Shown one piece after another: positions 51,105 through 62,532 of a DNA stretch of 64,000 bases. The position numbers were made by a program, and so were the translations under genes. Under the pieces are notes generated by a model, which was given only the letters and a program-made list of their open reading frames with translations, had not been told where the DNA came from and made no database searches. This DNA is from Haliotis cracherodii (Eukaryota). How positions within the stretch are numbered: position 1 is the first letter of the stretch; every line of letters starts with the position of its first letter. The DNA lies in the NCBI RefSeq assembly GCF_022045235.1, contig NW_027266343.1, positions 56,172,001 through 56,236,000 on the forward strand, in the 5' to 3' direction.

Positions 51105-52754
51105 TGGTTTCCATATATGGAATCAGGCCATGGTCACGCGTTGCTCTCATCATACTCTCATTTGGCCCGTTTGGAGCATGCTATGGCAATCCCCTTCTTA
51201 GCTATATTTTAGACATGACATGAATTCAGATTTAAAAGACTTTGTATTGTGAATATACTGCTGTTCCCAAATATACCCGAAACCAAAGCTAAACAGGATA
51301 TATTTACAATTCGAAACCCAGTTGCTTTTGCCTTTAATAGATGCCTGTAACATCATATTGTAACACTTTTGTGGATAACGGGTGTCAGACATAGAAATAA
51401 TTAGCGTCAGCCCGTAACTAATACATATTGTGTAAGCATAGATAGATACATGTAATGGATATCGGCCGCACTCTCCACTAACGATGTGGTTAGGGGTAGA
51501 TATCTTGACATCAAGAAAGCGCTTACACGCCAACATATGTACAGTTTCCATTTCATCATTTTGATACAACGCCTATACCTCTGATCCATAAAGCAATATT
51601 GGGGTTATTTCAATGTTAAATATTCTCGACAACAGTTCATGGCCAAATTTATCTACTTTACATTATGACTTCAAATGCAAAATACAGCTTTTTTCTTTTG
51701 CAAAACTGCATTTTCGAAGCGTCTGGGCCACGGAAGAAATTTCTAGAAAACATAACGCCTAAGAATTTGTAAAAAGATACACACTTGAGTTTAGTCCCTT
51801 TGTAAAACCATTTCCTGACAAATGCCCCCACCCCTGCCTTCTTGAACACCAAGAACGTTGTATCCAAATTAACATCTTATCAAAGATCAATGTAATATTT
51901 CTCCAAAACATTCATTGGTTTCTGCAATCCCTCGATACTATCTGCTATAATGATAATATCATTTGCGAATAGCAAAATGAAACAAATGCGTCAAATCAGG
52001 GTACAACTGGATACCTTTCCTCAATTTCGAATAATAATTAATAAAAATGGAAAATAAAAAGGGACTTCAAACGAAACACTGNNNNNNNNNNNNNNNNNNN
52101 NNNNNNNNNNNNNNNNNNNNNNNNNNNNNNNNNNNNNNNNNNNNNNNNNNNNNNNNNNNNNNNNNNNNNNNNNNNNNNNNNNNNNNNNNNNNNNNNNNNN
52201 NNNNNNNNNNNNNNNNNNNNNNNNNNNNNNNNNNNNNNNNNNNNNNNNNNNNNNNNNNNNNNGTTTTGGGTGTCGTATCCCATACAGGTAGACATATATC
52301 AGTCTTTGGATCTAGACCACGGCCGTCGTCCTAGGCTATAACAGACAACCCCTGGGTATCCCCTCTGTCGCTCTCACTTGGGCGAAAAGGCGTTCGTCCC
52401 TCGGCCCCATGGTATCGGCGTTTCGGTGATCCCCGGCATGTAGTAGTGAATTCTGAATTCATCATTTTCAAGAACATAGATGTCGCCATTTATAACTAGT
52501 TTTTCATAGGAGAGATAAGCTGCCTTATCACTTTTACATGCATCCAGCACGTGAGGGATAAGCCCCGCCCTTATCTTTCTCTCTCTTCTATGCCATTAAC
52601 TATTCCTCTTCTTTATCAACAAGAGTTTCCAATTTGGATATTCTTTCTTCAAATTCAACGTTTTCCGACCTCAGCTTAAAAAAATAATGATTGTATCAAA
52701 CTTTCTATTAAGTTTACCAATTCCCGATCTGATGAGTTTTATCCGTTCAGTGGC
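51105..52754 (-). mobile_element. LINE relic in the spacer of unit 4, cut off at 52754
   Basis: Copy of the spacer LINE that breaks at 'ccgttcagtggc' and joins directly onto promoter sequence. Confidence 0.75.
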
Positions 52755-52995
52755 TGTGATTGATTTGCCTGGGAGTGGCTACTTCCAGGTGGGTTGAATA
52801 AACATCTATCAACTCTTCCTGAACAAGTAAAGATGACATAAAATTACCAATTAACATGTGTTTTATCCTTGGGGCTTACATGTCAGTAGAATTGGGTAAG
52901 TGTACAAGGAAGTGTGGACATTGCGCCAGTGGGGTAAGACATTCCTGCAATCCCCGGCCTATAAAAGCAAACACAAAAAGGCCTTTATCACCAGT
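52755..52995 (+). promoter_or_regulatory. Promoter of B5, lacking the A-side TATA and the A gene
   Basis: TGATTGAT 52757, ACTTCCAGGT 52781, CATGTGTTTTATCC, TGTACAAGGAAGTG, canonical TATAAAA 52960-52966. Exon-1 donor GTAAGT at 53021. Confidence 0.7.
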
Positions 52996-53311
52996 TTCGC
53001 ACAGCTCCATAGTGACAACGGTAAGTTGGCTTGTATTTTCATTATTTGTTAAAAATAATAAGGTCGTATTTGTAAATGTATTGAAATGTCAAGAAACAAA
53101 GGAACCGAAAGTGATTACGACTAATTTCTGCTGACAACCATCACAATTTGTGATACATTGCACATACTGTTTGTTACATTTCCGTCTCATGAGATTGAAA
53201 TCTATCTAAACATTCCTTAATTTACAATAATCGTATTTCAAACCGAATCGCTGGAAGGCCTTTATGTAATGAGATTAAGAAGTTAAGTATTCTTTCATGG
53301 CAGCTACTAAA

Positions 53312-54383
53312 ATGATGAAGATTATCGTCGTCCTTGTTGCCTGTCTGGCTGTTGCTGCCTACGCCAATCCCACAGGCTACGGTATTGGCATGTACGGAGG
53401 CCTTGGTGGCCTTGGCTATGGCGGCTATGGTATGGGAGGCCTTTACGGAGGTATGGGAGGTCTGTACGGAGGTATGGGAGGTCTGTACGGAGGTATGGGT
53501 CTTTACGGAGGCTTGGGAGGCCTGTATGGAGGAATGGGAGGCCTGTATGGAGGAATGGGAGGCCTGTACAGCGGCATGTATGGATGAAAATACGGCGGCA
53601 TGTACGGGGGAATTGGATTTGGAAAAGGAATTGGTAAGTTTCTTGAGTACACTGTATATTGTACACCAGAATAATTGGCTATGTCATGGGCATGAACGTG
53701 TGCCTTGTTGACCAGATACCAGTGACACGCGACAGTTATATTTGATTAGTCACGACGAAAGGATCGTGTTGCAACCAGGTGAAACAAGTATTGGAGTCAC
53801 ATGTTTACATTCACACCCAGTTCTGGAATGTATTCAGATCTTGGTGTATGTAATTCTTTAAATATCTTTCCCCCATCTTCATATTGTTATAGGAATCACA
53901 TTCAGACTAGGCTCCATGTCTGCCGTTGCTGTCGTGGCAGTTATGAATGAGTTAGTGAATGTTATTGAAAATTTGACGACATTTGACGACAATCCTGTAG
54001 TTCAAGGCTTTAGCAACATTATTAATGTAGGAAGTTCGGCTGTTATCAAACATTATTGGCTAGAGCACAATAGCCCTTACGACAAACCACAGGGTACTTG
54101 CAACTTGGAAATAGTTTTTCCTGGGATAGTTCGCATCGATTCGAAAGGAAACATACAAGTACCGCGCCATTTGTATTGTTACTTTTAATCTTTGATAAAA
54201 TCCGGGCACCATACGGGATTATTCTACTATATAGGGCTGAACCGTTCTTGATATCACCGTAATTATTCCAAGTCAAGTAAACAATTTCTTTTGAATAGTA
54301 GTTGCAATTTACGACATATTGAATAAACACTCTTTTATTTATATCATATGTGTCTTTTTACTTCAGGCATTGGATACTATTGA
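53312..54383 (+). pseudogene. B5: diverged B-type gene with an in-frame nonsense codon (GGA>TGA at 53585-53587); exons 53312-53633 and 54367-54383
   Basis: Reads ...GMYG*KYGGMYGGIGFGKGIG|IGYY*. Splice sites are intact. It would be 112 aa if read through and 91 aa if truncated. Confidence 0.75.
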
Positions 54384-55329
54384 GGTTAGTGAGATGGCGT
54401 CTCTCATCTGCAACAGTGTCAGCGCAGATCAAACAACACCTCCACAATATCATGGCCAACAAATACTCACCTCTTGGATAAACAAATCACACTTCTAACA
54501 TGCTAATAATCTATTTTCTCATTAGTTTCCAGTTTTCCATTTATATAATTTACACCGCTCTTATGCCTTCTACCACCTATAGAATCTGGTTTGGCAAATA
54601 ATCGAGGCTGTTTATCCTCTGGCGTTGGCTACTCACTGTTAGCTGCAGTCTAAATTGCATGTTCTTATCAACGTGTACCATAAACATTTTACCTTTGCAA
54701 GTAAACGTCGCATCGACTAAAGACATAGTTTTGAATAGGCATGCATCAGTTAATCAAAATAAGGTCAAGGTCCAGGTCAAGGGTACATGAAAAGTGTAAA
54801 GATCACAGCAGGGAAATGGGTAATAAAAATGTTTATTAGAAACGATTTCGTAAGAGGATATTAGGAAAAAAACAGACGAAAACATTGACATAAGCAGAGT
54901 GTTGAGATATGAGTCGTGTAGATAATACATTTTAGTACATTTTCTGCAACAGGATGATAGAAATCACGGGTAAACACAAACACAATAAGGTCTTTGAGTA
55001 AATAAAAGCGACAAAACCCTTTGCAAATATATATATATATATATAAAAGCAAAGTCGCCAAAAGCAGAGTCGATTGTACGATTCGGATTATATCATGATC
55101 ATGTAATTTATTAGGAATCACTATCAAATAGTGATCATACCAGGTATCAATTTTTTAAGTTCTGTTAATTTACCAATTTATGGCATGTATTCTGTGAAGT
55201 ATACAACTGCTTGACGGGGCACCCTAATTACGATGAAAACCCAGTACGTTGCATATGCTACCACAAACCCCTTTCCATAATATCGACTATATCATGAGCA
55301 TGTATTATGAATCACCATTACACTGGGAT

Positions 55330-55840
55330 GATACCAGGTTTTCGCGAAAAGGTGAGCGTATCAGTGGCACCCGTCACAAACACATGCAAAGGCAAGTCAA
55401 TTTTTCACCTGGAAACAACATAGTGACTTATGGTACACGTCAAAATAGGGAATCGGACATCATTTTGTCACCGATGCGTCGAAATTTGAAAATGTCCTAA
55501 TCATCCCCACTATAAAACGTTTCGAAAGCTTTTCTGGGGTATTGAATGGTGTAACCTTGATCAAACAACTTCTGAGCAAGAATTGTATGACACTCTTTGA
55601 AATCTTGATGGGGAAAGCATTCTCGATTGTACCTCAAAAGTTGTGAAATAAAGACACCAAGGGCTGGCGCTGTAGGAATATTGCTCTAAATGAATGGAAT
55701 GTTGACTATTGTAAAGTTGACGTCATTCCTCTCACAGGACTCCTTTTTTCTAGTTCATGTAGGTAAATCTGTGGAAAGGGAATTAACTATTTTATTGTAA
55801 TTGAACGATATCAGATCATCGATAAAACGAAACTTCAGTT
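55330..55840 (-). mobile_element. Penelope-like retroelement RT fragment
   Basis: Minus strand gives FRFIDDLISFN and FTIVNIPFI*SNIPTAPALGVFISQLLRY. Confidence 0.75.
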
Positions 55841-56339
55841 ACATTTTGCAATCAAAATGCCGTTTTCTCATTATTTGATAAACAAATGGATCGTATGTCA
55901 TGACAATTGATCATATCAGGGGTAAAGTATGTAGAACGTACATCATATTGGGGACTGTGCAAGAGTACATATTCTTCATATAATATCCATACGTAAAATA
56001 CATGGCTGTGGATTTTTCAAACATATTTTGTTGTCAAAAGACAAATGGATTGAACACAAGTTTACATGGAGGTCATATATATGTTTCATATAGGTACAAT
56101 GTGTTAGCTTGCGACGACATTCGTACAATGTTTGACCCTCTCTGTGTGAAGATTCATATTCCATTAAACCCACACGAAGTGATGAACAGTTCTTATACAT
56201 TTTAGATCACTTTTGTATTCCATGAACACCCTTCTTGTTTACACTGACAGTCATACAACGTCCGACTGGATGGCGAAATAAAATAAGTGACATGAGGATA
56301 CTTATGCTCAAATCCATCTTTTGCATTTTGGTTCCATTA

Positions 56340-56503
56340 GTGAGTGAGTGAGTATGGTTTTACGCCGCTTTTAGCAATATTCCAGCAATATCACGGCGGG
56401 GGACACCAAAAATGGGCTTCACACATTACTCATGTCGGGAATAGAACCCGGGTCTTCGGCGTGACGAGCGAACGCTTTAACCACTAGGCTACCCGACCGT
56501 CCC
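56340..56503 (-). mobile_element. tRNA-derived SINE (family 1), full length with TSD
   Basis: Head 'gggacggtcgggtagcctagtggttaaagcgttcgctcgtcacgccgaagacccgggttctattccc' and (ACTC)n tail. TSD TTTGGTTCCA(T/A)TA at 56327-56339 and 56504-56516. Confidence 0.92.
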
Positions 56504-57667
56504 TTTGGTTCCAATAAATAGATTCAAATACCATCACCATAAATGCGAAAGATTTGTTAAGAACTACCACAGTAAGTTAGTCACCGTGACATCGCGTTGT
56601 GATCCATTTACATCAAATACAGGACGTCACACTGGCCTACAAAAGAAACGCTAAAGGTATATTTTTTCATGAACCTGGGGCGATTACAAGTATTAGTCAT
56701 TACTGATCAATTGACCGATCATTAAAAGGTGATTAAGATTAGGGGGTCTTTATAATCAGAGACAACTCTTCTGTATGTGTTTGTGCTTCACAGGAATGCG
56801 CAAGTAAGCTGTTTTCTAATACGAAAGTCATAAATCGTGTCAATGCGACACAACAAAATTGTTATAGCAATTAACACATATCTTTGAAAGAGATAGTTAT
56901 TAATAATTACTCATATATTCTTTTGGAAAATAGAATGGAGGATACATAATGCGATATGAATATGTAATTGTTTTGTGTTTGATTGTTGAATACACAATAA
57001 TTCACCTAAGTTGGTGATGTCCAAGAGGCCGATAGAGGCTCCTGTTCACTTCCCACTATAGACTGTGTGATGAGGCGGGGACAGTTTTTAGAGGGCAGTC
57101 ACATTGTAGTTTCTGAATCTTAGTTTTAACTTTCTGTTTCATTATCTGCTCTGTTATTGCCTGTTGACAACTGTGATAAGTGTAAGTGTACCTGTGCGAT
57201 CTTTGAACCTCTCAGAAGCTGACATTTAGCTCAGGTCAGTTAACATCCTCTTTTGGTTTGTGTACACGGTGTGTTGGTGAATGAAGAATTGAACCATTAG
57301 TGTCTGCGTGGGGGCAACGACAAGGACAATGTTAACGCAATAATGTAAGATAGATCGAAAAGTAGAAGTATCATGGAAATGATTTCAAACATCAAAATAC
57401 ATCCTTTTGAGATTTACAATCCAACATGGGAGCTGATTACAGGAATTTGTTCATTCATTAGGACAACAACTCCATTTCAGATTCTGCCGGATTAATATAA
57501 AAGCGCATGGCTGTTAAAAGAGGGTGGTTCCAAAGGACATGCAGGTTGTTAAGAGAAGCTATATATTGAAACTAATCAAGCTAATTTATGAAAACAAGTA
57601 TAAGCAAAACTTATATAGCGAGGGTCTTCATGGAATCACATCAAGCAACACATGAAACAATGGTCAA

Positions 57668-57727
57668 AAATAATAATAATGATAATAAAAATAAATAAAT
57701 AAAAATAATAATAATAATAATAATAAT
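57668..57727. repeat. (TAA)n microsatellite
   Basis: Imperfect AAT trinucleotide run. Confidence 0.85.
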
Positions 57728-58952
57728 TTATGCATTTGTATAGCGCAGCTCTGTTCGCTAATACACCTTGAAACTATTGAAATCAGTCAGTATCAGTCAT
57801 ACAGCCCCCTAAAACGAAATATTCGAATACAATAACAACATATTTCGAAAACAAAGCAAAGGAGACTTACACATAAATATTCAGGATATCATCGATACGA
57901 TTCTAAGCTTTGCAGCTAAAATGGAAGTTCAATCAGGGTATATTATAGTTGGAACTGAAGAAATCTATCACTAAATCAACATACATTTCCAAATTATTGA
58001 GAAACTGCTCATGTTATACCACTGCAGCTATTTAAAAAAGGGATCTATCCCATCTAGGAATCTACAGACTCATCTGTTTGGTTTCTAGTGTTCGGAATAT
58101 GAGAACATTATGGATTTCAGTTCGGAATCGGATTAATAAAATTGAACTGATACAACAGTACCAAATATCTCCAAAGCAATCAAACTGACAAACAAACCAT
58201 TTGAAGTATTTTGTAGAATATCAAATGAATTTGACAGTCTTTGGCTAGTTGATCTCATTAATAAATAAGAATTCTATGCAAAACACGGTAAAGTCGCTTA
58301 TCACACTTCATTTGCTTATCACACTTCAGAAACCCCCTGTGACGTCATCTATTGTTTTCGATGGTTGAGGTTATCGGTCACGGAGTCACTACATATAGAA
58401 GCAAACGTTTTTGAAGTCATGCTTTCAAAATATCCGAAATTATTATGTGGAATATGTAATAAAATATATTTGTTTTTTGTTCATGTCAATTTATTATAAG
58501 CTGTATGACAAATTGTGTAACTCTGAAGGATGTCTGACCATATCGCTTTAATTCGTTTCAACAAAATCACTAAATGAGAGTCACAGCTTCAAGATGTGAT
58601 GGGATAAATGTCTAACATATATTACATAGCCGACATCCACATTTACTTTTGGTGATTTTTCCATTCACATTTCACTAATAATTCTTGTCATGAAGTGCAT
58701 TGTGAATCGACGGATTAAGAAAAACGTTCTGAAATTGTGTAAAGCATTACACTCATACGCTCCACTGTCGGTGTCAAGATCAGACTAACAATAATCCACA
58801 TCATCTGGATCCTGTGTAACTTATATTAATATATCTGTTTAAATTATATAATAAAATTGACAAGAATACGTTTAACAGGTATTTTATTACAATCGTAGAT
58901 CATACATCAGTGTATATATAATACAGGGAGCTGTTCATTGAAGGCACGACTC

Positions 58953-59625
58953 TCAATAGTGACCGTATCCCATGCCTAAAAGAGACAACAAAATACACAA
59001 TTATAAGATAACAACGCACTTGAGAAAAATACTTCTGCCTAAGGAGTTCCCCCAAAACACAAATTGTTTAATAAAAGTCTGACAGAAGCCGTTATTTAGA
59101 AGCCGACATTGCATGTATTGTGAGAAGAAAATAATGTGTCGCTAATCGCACCCTCCCTTCGCAACCCCTTCACAAATGTTACATGTTACTAGAATCAGCA
59201 AAATCAATATGCCAAAATCACAAACGTGACTTCCCTTTTCGAATTTCTGATGTCCATGCAATCACACTGGTCTCCCATTGCAATTGGATCAGTCTCATAA
59301 TATACACAGACAACTTACCAATTCCTTTGCCGAGTCCAATTCCTCCGTACATGCCACCGTACAGTCCTCCCATTCCTCCGTACAGGCCTCCCAAGCCTCC
59401 GTAAAGACCCATACCTCCATACAGACCTCCCATGCCTCCGTACAGACCTCCCATGCCTCCGTACAGGCCTCCAATGCCACCATACAGGCCTCCCATACCT
59501 AAGCCGCCATAGCCACCATAGCCAAGGCCACCAAGGCCTCCGTACATGCCAATACCGTAGCCAATGGGTTTGGCGTAGGCAGAAACAGCCAGACAGGCAA
59601 TAAGGACGACGATAATCTTCATCAT
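58953..59625 (-). CDS. A6: diverged A-type secreted Gly/Tyr/Met/Leu-rich protein, 109 aa; coding exons 59625-59319 and 58975-58953
   Basis: Signal peptide MMKIIVVLIACLAVSAYA. GTAAGT donor and TTTAG acceptor give GMGYGHY*. AATAAA at 58888-58883. Exon-1 donor GTGAGT at 60020-60015. TATATAAA at 60100-60093. Confidence 0.9.
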
Positions 59626-60064
59626 TCTCAGTAGCTGTCAATAAAAACGAAATAGGTTTTGCGATAGAAATAGACTTGCTGCATGTTGTAATTGAATTTG
59701 AAAAATAATGTTAAACGTGGATGTACACCTTAAACATGTATTACCAAAGTGATGTTCCGTGTAGTTGATAATTTAGAATGTAAGAAATAAAACAAAAATG
59801 TTTTATCATTTACTATGAACTCTTAGCTGGTGTAAAGATTAAGGTTAAACATAAAGAGTTATTCTATTAAACGATTTAAGAAATAGATAGGGTGGATCGA
59901 CGAATCAGTTATTGATTGGGTAAAACGGTTGGTCCTCACAGGTGAAATATTTACGAGGGATGCGGAGACCAAGTAGCCTATAATGGCAGACTAATTAGTG
60001 TTATTCACGTTGGTACTCACAGTTAGGTGTACGGAGTGACTAGGTTGTCAATGCAGAGAAGTTC

Positions 60065-60345
60065 AGTGAAGTTTACGCTCTTAACATTCACGTTTATATA
60101 CGCGGCGTGTTATGTGTAGCCTGTGATTGATTTGCCTGGGAATGGCTACTTCCGGGTGAGATCAAGGGCACACACCAATTAACACACCCTGAACATGAAC
60201 GGGTGACATAACATCACCGATGAGCATGTGTTTTATCCATATGCTTAGGGCTTAAATGTGAGAAGTATTGGATAACTGTACAAGGAAGTGTGGAAAGTGT
60301 ACCAGTGGGGACGTCCCCACAACCCCCGGCCAGAATAAACACATT
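60065..60345. promoter_or_regulatory. Bidirectional-type promoter of A6 with a degenerate B-side TATA
   Basis: TGATTGAT 60124, ACTTCCGGGT 60148, CATGTGTTTTATCC 60225, TGTACAAGGAAGTG 60277. The B-side TATA position reads 'ggccagaataaac'. Confidence 0.7.
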
Positions 60346-60727
60346 ATAGAAGTCTAACGCCATATTAATGATCAACCTGAAAGTCGCCAAGATGATGGGA
60401 CTTGAATTTGTACCATTTTGTTAAAACAAAACAAATGTAAACGTAGTTCTAACTGAAGCAGTACACCATAGGCAGGTTAAGAGATGATTTACCACGTTTA
60501 ACAATTTGTTCACATTTTGAAACTACCAACTACGCCTTTGAGCCAGATAATAGAAATACAAAACATTAATAACACGGTCTATTTAAGGAGGAATCCTACC
60601 GACTTTAAAACCTGCATATCATCGTCAAATGAAAACAAAATTTATGTTGTTTGCTCACGAATGGCTCTACAAAACGATTACTAGATATTGGAAGTCTATT
60701 GCTATCAAATATAAAAAGAAATCGTTC

Positions 60728-60910
60728 CGGAGGAATGGGACTTATGTTCGGAGGCATGGGAGGTATGTAAGTCGGCATAGGAGGTCTATATAGAGGCATA
60801 TAATTATGTACATATGCATATGGGTATGTACAGATGCATGAGAAATATATACAAAACATGGGAGGTATGTGCATAGGGATGTTGGGTCCGTATAGAGGCA
60901 TGGGAGGCTT
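60728..60910 (+). pseudogene. Remnant of B6, the partner of A6
   Basis: Degenerate repeat sequence GGMGLMFGGMGGM*VGIGGLYRGI*...RGMGGL at the position expected for a B gene. No signal-peptide sequence is recognisable. Confidence 0.7.
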
Positions 60911-60914
60911 GATC

Positions 60915-61293
60915 AGAAACTGACCAGACCAAGTATTACTCAACCCTTCTGACGCATAAGTGTTGCTTAGACTGTCATAGAAACTGGCCAGGTCAAGTGT
61001 ATCTCCACCCTGCTCACGAGTAAGTATTCTATAGAATGGCATAGAAACTGACCAGGTCAAGTGTAACTTCACCCTGCTCACGTGTAAGTGTTCTTTAGAC
61101 TGTTATAGAAACTGACCAGGTCAAGTGTACCGTCACCCTGCTCATGTGTAAGTGTTCTATATGCTAACATAGAAAGTGACCAGGTCAAGTATAACTTCAC
61201 CCTTCTCACGTGTAAGTGTTCTATAGACTGACATTGAAACTGACCAAGTCAAGTGTAACTTCACCCTTCTCAGGCGTAAGGGGTCTATAGAAA
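60915..61293. repeat. 64-bp minisatellite, ~6 copies
   Basis: Units start at 60915, 60979, 61043, 61107, 61171 and 61235; consensus of the type 'agaaactgaccaggtcaagtgtaacttcaccctgctcacgtgtaagtgttctatagactgtcat'. Confidence 0.9.
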
Positions 61294-62184
61294 CACAGCA
61301 GTGTACACACACCGAGCCGACATAAATTAATCTGCCTATTCGTACATCTACCACGTCACCTACAGACATTGCATGGTATCACAGAGCACACTGACTACCT
61401 ATGTGGAGGTCAAATATATCAACATTTGCATAACAGAGACACATTACAGGAAATAATTCCAAAGATCAACATGTAATACAACTACAAATACTGTTGTATA
61501 CAACTACTTTCTTCACCTGACAAACAACGTCACAACCTTTAGAATTAAAGATAAGTCAGTATCATGCATATTTAAGAGGTCTGTGCATTTAAGCTAAGAA
61601 GACCTAGCAGGAAGCTGACATTAATAGTGCTTTACTCTGATCCCGGACGAAACCGTTACATTCTGTCTGATTCCTGATTACAATACATAATCTGCTCTCT
61701 CACAGCATCGGCTGACGAATATCGTCCACCACGATGACATTTTCGAATTGAACAGTTGGCCATTGGAATGGATACAAGTTATTCTACTTTGTGCTTATAA
61801 CTGTGGCATGTCAAAATCAAAGTATACATTTTGGCGTTTTCCAATACCATGCACTGAAATGAATTATTATTTACAATTAGACCCTCAAGATGGTACCGTA
61901 CTAATGAGTTTATGGTGTCCTGTTTTAATTTAATTTTCCACTTTTTTAAATGTACGATAAACTCATTACTACGGTTCCAGTAACGATATTTAGAACCACA
62001 GAGATATAATCCAACCTATTTCTTTTTTAAATGTAAGCCTTACTGATTGGTATGCATTGGTGTACAATAAGTATCAAAGGAAGAGGTTCTTGTCATCAAG
62101 AATCTGGAGATAAATTCTGAATCTCAAAGTAAGTGCACTCTATGGAATCTGTTGTTGAATGTACACCAGATCTTAGTTGTAACG

Positions 62185-62480
62185 GTGAAAGTGGGGTTTA
62201 ACGTCGCGTCCAAGATTATTGCACTTATATAGCGACGTGGATGTACGTGTGTGTGTTTGTGTGGCTGCTTGTTTTACTAGTCCGGACTGATGCCGATTTT
62301 TAGTGCTGGCTCACCGAGTACCATACCGCAGTTTAACATGAATACCCCACTCAAACACAGTATACTGCCTCCGAGCCGACCAGTCCTTGTTTTAGCCCCT
62401 TAATGCCAAGCGCCAGACAAGTACCATCTTTCAACGTCTTTTGGTATGACGCGGCCGGGGATCGAACCCACGGTGGCGGT
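62185..62480 (-). mobile_element. SINE, another tRNA-derived family
   Basis: B-box GGGTTCGATCCCC on the minus strand ('ggtatgacgcggccggggatcgaaccc'), with a tail-like 'tttaacgtc' at the other end. Confidence 0.6.
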
Positions 62481-62532
62481 CTAGATGTAACGGCATGTGG
62501 GTGAAGTACAATGCAATCTTTTTCGAGCTAAA

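Larger units (their letters stand above)
25690..52754. repeat. Tandem segmental array: four ~6.8-7.4 kb units, each a divergent A/B gene pair plus a LINE-containing spacer
   Basis: Near-identical blocks. A starts at 26961, 33764, 40570, 47920. B starts at 28342, 35119, 41869, 49294. Confidence 0.95.

Noticed and set aside
26513-59625. Assigning a known gene name (shematrin, KRMP, suckerin, chorion)
   Set aside because: The similarity is compositional only. Diagnostic parts (shematrin basic C-terminal tail, KRMP Lys/Cys domain, suckerin Ala/His modules, chorion central domain) are absent.
60915-61293. CRISPR-like regular repeat
   Set aside because: The whole 64-bp unit repeats with no unique spacers, the context is eukaryotic and there are no cas genes.
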